A stretch of 64,000 nucleotides of DNA from Eledone cirrhosa (taxonomy: Eukaryota): contig OZ024743.1 in assembly GCA_964016885.1 (NCBI GenBank), forward strand, positions 206,832,001 to 206,896,000, in the 5' to 3' direction. Every line of letters begins with the position of its first letter. The stretch's first letter is position 1. The position numbers and the translations under genes are program-made. This document shows positions 56,716-64,000 of this stretch, one piece after another. The notes under the pieces are model-generated. The model made no database searches. It saw only the letters and a program-made list of their open reading frames with translations, and was not told where the DNA came from.

Positions 56716-56890
56716 ATCGGTAGAGAGTCGGACGCCATGATTTCCAGCATAGTTACGTCCCTTTACGATCTGAGTTCAAATCCCGCCGAGGTTTACTTTG
56801 CCTTTCATCCTTACGGGGTCGATAAAATAAAGTACCAGTAATGCACTGGGTAATTGCTGGCCTTGTGCCTAAAGTAGGAACAATTATCTT
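56716..56890 (+). mobile_element. tRNA-type SINE, copy 1 (5'-truncated at the satellite edge, internal deletion)
   Basis: B-box-like GAGTTCAAATCCC at 56772-56784, core TTTGCCTTTCATCCTTACGGGGTCGATAAAATAAAGTACCAG, and 3' part TTGTGCCTAAAGTAG. It aligns by eye with three more copies at 62273, 63318 and 63790. Confidence 0.85.
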
Positions 56891-58893
56891 ATTTATTTGG
56901 ACTGGATGTTGTGGTACCAACTTTACAGAGAGAAGGTGGTGTTGGTGGGAGTGGGAGGATAGGGTAGGGGTAGTGGATTGGGGTGTATATTTGGTTAAGA
57001 GGTGCCTACTGACTGTAGGTTTCGCTTTGTATATAGACAAGGCGGGTCTTCTGTATTACTGCGTAGCGCCAAAGATCTCGGTCCAGTGACATTGTCTTAG
57101 AGAGGTGCAAGTGTGTAAGGTCGGAATTTATCAGATCGTCCCAGGTTTTTCTGGGTCTACCTACTCCGTAACTACCATCAATTTTGATCGCCCTGCACTT
57201 TTTTTATACAGCTCTCGTCTTTCATGCGCATCACGTGGCCATACCAACGTAGTCTTCTCTCGAGTAAACTGCATCTGATCCCTCTTATTTCTAATTTCTC
57301 ACTTAGTTCATTTATGCTTTGTCGTTCACGTATATTACTATTACACATCCAATGGAGCATGCATGCTTCAATCCTTTCCAGTCTGCGCAGGTCCTCTGCA
57401 CGTAATGCCCATGCATGTCTCACTGCCATGTAACATTGCTGTTCGTATACAGGCATCATACAATCTGCCTTTCATTTTTAGAGAGAAACCTTTTGTGGCC
57501 AACAGTGGTATAAGCTCTCTGAACTTTTTCCATCCATTTTGACTCTGGCTACTGTACTTTCAGAACACCCTCCACCACTGCTGATTTCATCACCCAGGTA
57601 ACGGAAGGTGTCCACTATTTCTATAGAACCATCTAGGCAATAGAAGGAGCTAGTATCCTGTGGGCACTTGCTACTTATTGCACCTGAGCATCGGCCACAT
57701 ATAAAGTCTATGTTCTTAGATAGTTTACCTGTGATCCCACTACATCTTTTATGTACCCATAATTTGCATTTGGGACATAAAATGGAATTTCTACCTACTC
57801 CTTTCCTACACACTGAGCATGGCCATTTCTCTGAGGGCACCTGTGCCCTATTTTCCTTTCTACAAACTAGAACTTTAGTCTTAGACAAGTTAACTCTAAG
57901 GCCTTTTGATTCTAGGCCATGCTTCCGTGTTTGGAATTTCTTCTCTAGTTCAGCCATAGATTCAGCTATGCGAGTTAGATCATCTGCGTATAGAAGTTCC
58001 CATGGGCAGCCGGTATTGAACTCCTCTGTTATAGCCTGAAGGGCAATAATAAATAGGAGGGGGCTAAGGACAGAGCCTTTATGAACACCAACTTTTATAC
58101 TAAATTCTTCACAATATTCATTGTTAATTATAACCTTACTGACTGTTTCTTTATACATAGCTTGTATAGCTCTCACAAGCTAGTCATCTACACCTAGTTT
58201 TCTAAGAGCCCACCAGATAATGGAGCGGATAAAGGCTTTCTCCAGGTCTACAAAAGCTAAGTAGAGGGTTTACTTTTACGTAGGTACTTCTCCTGTAGTT
58301 GTCGTACAAGGAAAAGAGCGTCTGTGGTACTTTTACCTGACACAAACCCAAACTGCATTTCATCTAGATCAATTCGCTCTCTGATTAGTTGCGCTATCAC
58401 TCTTTCTGTGACCTTCATGACTTGGTCAACTAACTTAATGCCTCTATAGTTTCCCCTATCTAGAGCATCCCTTTACCCTTGTAGTAGTTAATGATGCTGA
58501 GTCTTTTGGTATGACCCCATTCTGTATTACTTGGTTAACTATACGGGTGACCATAGTATGTCCCACCATTCCAGATGCCTTCAACATCTCAGCAACTATC
58601 TCCAAAGACCCAGCTTCCTTGCCTGTCTTCATATCTTTGATTGCCTTACTTATTATACTACCTTTAACTTGCACCGCTGGTCCTTCTATTGGATCGATTT
58701 GGGGCAGACTATCTTTTTCCAATTTATTCTTCTCATTTAATAGTCTCTCGTAGTGACGCTTCCAGACTATCTTTTTATCAGTATCAGTGAGGGCAAGTAC
58801 ACCGTTATCATTACGGACACACTTCTCCCTGACAATATCACAGTTTTCCTTGACACATTGTCTAGCAATCCTGAATACCTCACGTTTGATCTA
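56891..58893 (-). mobile_element. RTE-clade non-LTR retrotransposon, 5'-truncated and degraded (RT plus C-terminus and 3' UTR)
   Basis: Manual minus-strand translation across frameshifts gives, in order: WKRHYERLLN, KGKG/DALDRGNYRGIKL, EMQFGFVSGKSTTDALFLVRQLQEK, YLAFVDLEKAF, GVHKGSVLSPLLF, LLYADDL (57979-57990), GLRVNLSKTKV, FRYLG, RLRWYGHVMRM, GRPRKTW, DRDLWR. There are several frameshifts and an in-frame TAG at ~58180. No endonuclease domain is present. Confidence 0.95.
57478..58176 (-). pseudogene. Longest open fragment of the LINE ORF: RT palm (YADD) plus embedded PHD-like C4HC3 zinc finger
   Basis: 232-aa ORF from the track. It contains GSVLSPLLF, YADDL, then CSVC-x10-CPKC-x4-H-x2-C-x14-CGRC (57688-57819), then FRYLG. 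It is bounded by a stop upstream and a frameshift downstream. Confidence 0.9.
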
Positions 58894-58894
58894 C

Positions 58895-59515
58895 ATGATA
58901 AACACACCCAGTACACTCTGTAAAGTGGTTGGTGATAGGAAGGGCATCTAAGTGTAGAAAACTTCTCAGAAAAAGGGCCAGTAGGACTCTTCAGTTGTGT
59001 CAAAGACATGGCAACCTTCCTGGTGTTGGTGATCTACACAATAAAATGTACCCAATAGAGCAGTGCTACTCAAAGTGGGGGTCCGCGGACCGGTGCCGGT
59101 ACGCGAGTCATCAGCTACCGGTACGCGGCCAGTGTCCAGGCCATGCTAAGGAATCATTTGAGGAATTTTTTTTATTACTTTTTTATATGTTTTGATATTG
59201 TATTATTTGTTTACAAAATAAATAGAAGATAAAAAAACTATTATTATATTTATTATATATATCGTTTCTGGTATAAATTAATATTACTACGAAATATTAG
59301 CGGTTCGTGGCACATTGGACAAAAAATGCTGGTCCCCCACATTAGATAGTTTGAGAAGCACTGCAATAGAGCACAGAAATATATGTAAATAAGATGCTGA
59401 CTCCCAGCCCATCTGAGAGGTCAGTAGCTTTGTTTGAGTATTGACTTGGTCTGTGACAACTCATTCAGCCCTTGCTAGCTGGGAAAAAGGGGTGTTAAAT
59501 GATGATGATGATGAA
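58895..59515 (+). mobile_element. Second retroposon family (SINE or LINE 3' end) with (TGA)n tail, interrupted by a MITE
   Basis: Motif GTTGGTGATAGGAAGGGCATC at ~58928 is shared with 63545 (+) and ~60110-60135 (-). It ends in GTTAAATGATGATGATGATG at ~59493-59513. Confidence 0.65.
59061..59363. mobile_element. hAT (Charlie/Buster-like) MITE, 303 bp
   Basis: Terminal inverted repeats CAGTGCTACTCAAAGT and revcomp CAGTGCTTCTCAAACT match 14/16. A perfect 8-bp TSD CAATAGAG lies at 59053-59060 and 59364-59371, with central TA as typical of the Buster subfamily. AT-rich non-coding interior. Confidence 0.93.
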
Positions 59516-59597
59516 TAACGATATTGAAGTACTTCTTGAACAAAGAGGCTCATCAGGTCAGAGCTTATCTTGGTTTCATGTGATGTTAACTGACATG

Positions 59598-59637
59598 CTA
59601 CTACTACTACTGCCGCCACCACCACAACAACCACCAT

Positions 59638-59698
<61 letters not shown>

Positions 59699-59724
59699 GC
59701 CGCCACCACCACAACAACCACCAT

Positions 59725-59792
<68 letters not shown>

Positions 59793-59851
59793 TTGCTGCC
59801 ACCACCACCACAACAACCACCACCACCACCACCCCCACCACCACCACCACC

Positions 59852-59932
<81 letters not shown>

Positions 59933-60072
59933 GCTGCTGCTGCTACCGCGACCACCACCACCATCATCGTCAATATCGTCATCATCATTATCATCATCAT
60001 CACCATCGTCATCATCACCATCATTGTCATTATCATCATCACCATTATCATCATCATCATCGTCATCAACAA
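59598..60072. repeat. Compound trinucleotide microsatellite (CTA)n/(CCA)n/(CAT)n
   Basis: Directly visible runs. Block CTGCCGCCACCACCACAACAACCACCA recurs about three times between (CTA)n tracts. Confidence 0.97.
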
Positions 60073-60180
60073 CATGGGTGGGCCTGGGATGGTCTGCGAC
60101 AATGCTTGGCAGCCGGATGCCTTCCTCACGCCAACTCTTTTAATTGGTTCTTATGACACGCAGGGGTATGGTGTACCTAT
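60062..60180 (-). mobile_element. Fragment of the (TGA)n-tailed retroposon family
   Basis: The reverse complement contains GTTGGCGTGAGGAAGGCATCCGGCTG and CCCACCCATG, followed by a (TGA)-type run that merges into the (CAT)n microsatellite. Confidence 0.6.
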
Positions 60181-60220
60181 TCCACACTGAGTACACATAT
60201 CTACTGACCTGGGACTCTAG

Positions 60221-60303
60221 ATAACAACAACAACAACAGCAGCAGCAGCAGCAACAGCAGCTACAACAACATCAATAACACCGCCACCACCAACAACAAC
60301 AAT

Positions 60304-60357
<54 letters not shown>

Positions 60358-60609
60358 ATCAATAAAAACACCGCCACCACCACCAACAACAATAACAACA
60401 ACAACAACAACAACAACAGCAACTACAACAACATCAATAACAACAACACCACCACCACCACCAACAACAACAACTACAACAACACCACCACCACCAACAA
60501 CAACAACAACAACAACTACAACAACAACAACACCACCACCACCGCCAACACCACCACCAACAACAACAACAACAACAGCAACAGCAGCTACAACAACATC
60601 AATAACAAC

Positions 60610-60641
<32 letters not shown>

Positions 60642-60690
60642 CAGCAACAACACCACCAACAACAACAACAACACCGCCACCACCACCACC

Positions 60691-60736
<46 letters not shown>

Positions 60737-60770
60737 GCAACAGCAACTACAACAACATCAACAACACCGC
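60221..60770. repeat. Compound (CAA)n/(CCA)n/(CAG)n microsatellite with duplicated super-units
   Basis: ACAACAACATCAA(T/C)AA recurs about five times, each time followed by (CCA)n then (CAA)n tracts of variable length. Confidence 0.95.
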
Positions 60771-60784
60771 CAAGTTGCCAACCA

Positions 60785-61240
60785 ACACTACCACCACCAC
60801 CACCACCACCATCACCATCACCACCACCACCACCACCACCATCACCATCACCATCACCACCCCCACCCCCACCACCACCACCACCACCATCACCATCACC
60901 ACCATCAGTAACAGCACCCATACCCTCACCACCACCACCACCACCACCACCACCACCACCACCACCATCACCATCACCACCATCAGTAACAGCACCCATA
61001 CCCTCACCACCACCACCACCACCACCACCATCACCATCACCATCACCACCATCAGTAACAGCACCCATACCCTCACCACCACCACCACCACCATCACCAC
61101 CACCACCATCAGTAACAGCACCCATACCCTCACCACCACCACCACCACCACCTCCATCACCACCACCACCACCATCAGTAACAGCACCCATACCCTCACC
61201 ACCATCACCACCACCACCACCACCACCACCACCACCTCCC
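60785..61240. repeat. (CAC)n/(CACCAT)n tract with five copies of core CATCAGTAACAGCACCCATACCCTCAC
   Basis: Identical cores at ~60903, 60981, 61050, 61107, 61173, separated by variable (CAC)n. Confidence 0.95.
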
Positions 61241-61327
61241 CCGACTGATTCTTTTTATATTTATATTTTTTAATTTTTCCTGTTTTGGCAATTATCATCC
61301 TGCCATACAATACCCACAACAACCCCC

Positions 61328-61542
61328 CCACACCCACACCACATAATACATACACACACACATAGAGATATACACACATATATATGCACATACACACACA
61401 TACACAAATACAGAACCACATCACGTACATATACACACAGAGCAACCACACACATGTTATAGACACACATACACACAGACATACACACACAGCAACCACA
61501 CACACACAAACACAAACACACAGACACACTCACACATGCTAT

Positions 61543-61573
<31 letters not shown>

Positions 61574-61575
61574 AA
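61328..61575. repeat. Degenerate (CA)n followed by (GACA)n
   Basis: Directly visible dinucleotide and tetranucleotide runs. Confidence 0.93.
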
Positions 61576-61864
61576 GCTAGAAAACAATAGATTAATTTGG
61601 TAATCCTGCTGCATTTGAAACAAGTCAAATAATTCGGACATAATAGAAAAAGGTGGAATGGCTTTGGTGAAAAAGGAAACCAGCTGAGCTATAATAACAA
61701 CAATATGTACAATAGTAAACCGGTGTTATAATAATGGTGAGTCCAGCACGAAGGGAAAAACATAACATTTCTATTGACAGCAACACCATTTGATGAGAAG
61801 AACCAGCAACCATCGAAGACAATCATTATTTGATATTGCAAGTAACAATTACTAAGAATAGAAT

Positions 61865-62165
61865 AGTTAAAAAAAAGGAAAAAAAAGAAAAAAATAGTCT
61901 TTTTTTTTTCATAAAATGTGAAGAAGAACAAAAAAACCAAAGAAATAAAAACTAAAATAAAAATTTAAATAAAAATAATAAAAATAAAGTATTTTTTTCA
62001 TAAAATGTGAAGAAAAAAAAACCAAAAATAGATATTGAAATAAAACTACTTTTTCATAAAATCTGAAGAAGAAAAAAAAAAGAAAAAGAAGAAAAACGAA
62101 ATTTAAAATAAAAAAAAATATTTTATTTTGTTTTGTATTTCTTTTTGTAAAATGTGAAGAAGCCA
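61865..62165. repeat. A/T-rich low-complexity tract with four copies of TTTT(C/G)(A)TAAAAT(G/C)TGAAGA
   Basis: Motif at ~61903, 61993, 62050, 62142, separated by poly-A-like stretches. Confidence 0.8.
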
Positions 62166-62272
62166 AACTAAAGATCAACAGCAGTGTTTGAAACAACAAG
62201 AGCAACAACAATTTCATGATTATAAGTGGAAAGTTGCCAACTGAGCTAGTTATAAATAGTATGTCAATAAAG

Positions 62273-62930
62273 GATTGTGGATTTGTAGAATTGGTAGAGT
62301 GTCAGATAAAATACCATTATAGTCAGGGTTGAATTTAAACAGTGGTGGGGGCCCTGGGCCACTTTAGGTTTGTTTGTTTGTTTTTTTGGGGGGGTGGGTG
62401 GGTGCTCTCATTTTGTGCTAATGATCCAAGCCATAAATATTGACTTTAAAAGCAGTGGAAGCATTTGGAATTGGAAATGTTTGTGTCCCAATGCATACAG
62501 CTATAATTATAGTCAATCATACTCAGGGCTGAATTTAGAACTTGGGGTGCCCCAGGGCACTTCAGGTTTGGGGGACCACCTCACACACAAAAAATTAGAA
62601 TACACAGCAAGCCCTCCAATTTTTACATGCAGGTATTAAATGTAAAGATTCTAACCCTCCTAAAACTAAAAAGCCCAGCTGAGGGCACAAATAAATTGCT
62701 ACAGCCGTTGCTGGTGACCCCCCTCCCAACTGCAAGGGACCTGGGGCAATTGCGCCCAATATATCTGGCCCTGATTGTAGTACTTGTCCTGGATCTTTAT
62801 GTTCTAAGTTCAAATCCTGTTGAGGTCAACTTTGACTGTCAACTTTCTGGGGTGAATCAAATAAAGTATCAGACAAATACTGGGGTTGATTTAATCAACT
62901 TTGCCCTTCTTTCAAATTGTTGGCCTTGGG
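62273..62930 (+). mobile_element. tRNA-type SINE, copy 2, split by a MITE at 62324-62773
   Basis: Removing the insert joins AGAATTGGTAGAGTGTCAGATAAAATACC to ATTGTAGTACTTGTCCTGGATCTTTATGTTCTAAGTTCAAATCC. This is collinear with copy 4 (AGAATTGGTAGAGCATCAGAAAAAAATACCATTGCGTTATTTATTTTGGTTCTTTACG). Confidence 0.82.
62324..62773. mobile_element. hAT-type MITE (CAGGG termini), 450 bp, possibly composite
   Basis: Left end CAGGGTTGAATTTA; right end reverse complement CAGGGCCAGATATA. Flanking 8-mers ATTATAGT (62316-62323) and ATTGTAGT (62774-62781) match 7/8. A second left-end-like sequence starts at 62524. Confidence 0.8.
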
Positions 62931-63322
62931 GACTGTCAGAAGCAACCATCTCCAACTGATCTGGCTGGATCCCCAAGCAAGACCAGCAAAGATCATGGAT
63001 GTTATCTAACCATCTTTCTCGGGGTCTACCCCAGGCTCTCCTGCCGGCTGGTTTTGTCCGTAAAATCTGTCCAGCAATTCTTTCCTGAGACATTCTAACC
63101 ACATGCCCATAGTATTGGAGCTGTGATCTCTCAATTCGGAGAAGTAGTGACTGTACCTGGAGTGACTGTCTGATCTCTGAGCTACGCACTCTATTGAGTA
63201 ATGTTACTCCAAAGACCCTTTGGAGGAACCCCATTTCGGTCGCTTGTATTCATGATCATATTCTTTCGGTCATTACCCAAGATTCGTGACCATAGATAAG
63301 GATTAACACAAATACTGAATTG
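62931..63322 (-). mobile_element. RTE-clade LINE C-terminal fragment (Rex3/Expander-like), a different family from the first
   Basis: Translates as SVFVLILIYGHESWVMTERI*S*IQATEMGFLQRVFGVTLLNRVRSSEIRQSL...IERSQLQYYGHVVRM...GRPRERWLD, with two TGA stops at likely CGA (Arg) codons. Confidence 0.88.
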
Positions 63323-63532
63323 ATAGAGTGTCGGATATAATCCATTGAGGTATTTGTTCTGGCTCTTTGGTTCTTTACATTCAGAGTTCAATTCCCTCCA
63401 AAGTAAACTTTGCTTTCATCCTTCTAAGGTTAATAAAATAAAGTACCAGTTACATTCTGGTGTTGATATAATTAACTTTCTCCTCTATCCCAAAATTACT
63501 GGATTTGTGCCTAAAGTAGAAATTATTATTTA
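63318..63532 (+). mobile_element. tRNA-type SINE, copy 3
   Basis: GAATTGATAGAGTGTCGGA, GAGTTCAATTCCC, TTTGCTTTCATCCTT, ATAAAATAAAGTACCAG, TTTGTGCCTAAAGTAGAAATTATTATT. Confidence 0.85.
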
Positions 63533-63542
63533 GTATAATATT

Positions 63543-63785
63543 TCGTTGGTGCTAGGAAGGGTACCCAGCTGTAGAAATCAACCCCAAACAAAGCAGGATC
63601 TTGTCATGTGACTGGTCTGGTCTCAGTACATGACAGCTGTCTAACCCATGAAAACATGGAAAATAGTCGTTAAACAGTGATGATGATAATTTATTACATA
63701 ATATAACAAAATATTCTTATATCAATAAAGTCTAACCCACGCTAGCGTGGAAGATAGATGTTGAACAATGATGCATGATGTTAGA
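63543..63785 (+). mobile_element. (TGA)n-tailed retroposon fragment plus a second isolated 3' end
   Basis: GTTGGTGCTAGGAAGGGTACCCAGCTGTAGAAA, then GTCTAACCCATGAAAACATGGAAAATAGTCGTTAAACAGTGATGATGAT. A second 3' end GTCTAACCCACGCTAGCGTGGAAGATAGATGTTGAACAATGATG starts at ~63730. Confidence 0.7.
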
Positions 63786-63789
63786 AGAA

Positions 63790-64000
63790 GGTGATGGGTT
63801 AGCAGAATTGGTAGAGCATCAGAAAAAAATACCATTGCGTTATTTATTTTGGTTCTTTACGTTTTAAAATTCAAGTCTTGCTGAGATCAACTTTCTCTTT
63901 CATCTTTCTAAGCCCAATAAAATAAAATACCAGTAATGTACTGAAATCTATATAATCCACTTTCCCTTTACCACAATTTGCTGATTTTGTGTCTATATCA
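63790..64000 (+). mobile_element. tRNA-type SINE, copy 4 (runs off the window)
   Basis: TAGCAGAATTGGTAGAGC (A-box-like), CTTTCATCTTT, AATAAAATAAAATACCAGTAATGTACTG. Confidence 0.8.

Larger units (their letters stand above)
1..56717. repeat. 37-bp tandem satellite array (~1500 monomers in the window, open at the left edge)
   Basis: Monomer ACAGTAGTTGTGACTATGGTGTTGATACAGTGGTCTT repeats head-to-tail with no spacers, no inversions and no inserted elements that I could see. Most copies carry 0-4 substitutions. The consensus has 8A/4C/11G/14T, so it is strongly G+T strand-biased. It has stop triplets on both strands, its length is not a multiple of 3, and the ORF track is empty across it. Last monomer ends ...GATACAGTGGTAT at ~56717. 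Confidence 0.99.

Noticed and set aside
1-56717. CRISPR array (37-bp repeats)
   Set aside because: Repeats are directly adjacent with no unique spacers, no leader and no cas genes, and the context is eukaryotic.
1-56717. Giant repetitive protein-coding exon
   Set aside because: The 37-bp unit shifts frame every copy and has stops on both strands (TAG/TGA on +, TAG/TAA on -). The track shows no ORFs here.
1-56717. V(D)J RSS or Transib-like signals (TACAGTG, occasional CACAGTG)
   Set aside because: The consensus lacks the essential CAC, and there is no ACAAAAACC-like nonamer at 12/23 spacing.
1-56717. Telomeric repeat or G-quadruplex array
   Set aside because: G+T strand bias is present, but there is no TTAGGG and the consensus has no GGG runs.
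56716-56800. tRNA gene suggested by the GTTCAAATCCC B-box
   Set aside because: No cloverleaf, and it continues into a SINE body found four times in the window.
56891-58893. Active retrotransposon, or prokaryotic RT system (retron, DGR, group II intron) linked to the repeat array
   Set aside because: Motifs are RTE-clade non-LTR, the ORF has several frameshifts and a stop and lacks its endonuclease, and no sequence link to the satellite was seen.
56753-59195. Short ORFs overlapping the SINE and LINE, including antisense ones
   Set aside because: Shadow frames of transposon sequence with no recognisable motifs.
59461-61641. Long poly-Val, poly-Leu/Pro, Gly-rich, Thr-rich and Cys-Val ORFs
   Set aside because: They are translations of tri- and dinucleotide microsatellites, open on both strands at once, with no domain or splice support.
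61585-61860. Unique-looking stretch as a possible exon
   Set aside because: The frames I read close within ~30-80 codons with no recognisable motif. A small exon or UTR cannot be excluded without RNA-seq.

Overview
Eukaryotic, gene-free, repeat-dominated window; the SINE and LINE families look like those of coleoid cephalopods (Octopus-like; recognised from memory, not searched). Bases 1-~56717 are one uninterrupted head-to-tail satellite array of a 37-bp monomer (consensus ACAGTAGTTGTGACTATGGTGTTGATACAGTGGTCTT) with recurrent 28-bp and 34-bp deletion variants. The array is organised into nested higher-order repeats with measured periods of 1330, 2109, 3194, ~4818, 7103 and ~10512 bp. It ends abruptly inside the 5' end of a tRNA-type SINE. 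The last 7.3 kb is a pile of decayed mobile DNA: a frameshifted RTE-clade LINE whose reverse transcriptase carries an in-frame C4HC3 PHD-like finger, a second RTE fragment, four copies of one SINE family, fragments of a second retroposon with (TGA)n tails, two hAT-type MITEs with 8-bp target-site duplications nested in older elements, and compound microsatellites. No intact protein-coding gene, RNA gene or CRISPR array is supported. The best leads are the PHD-in-RT architecture and the layered satellite organisation.
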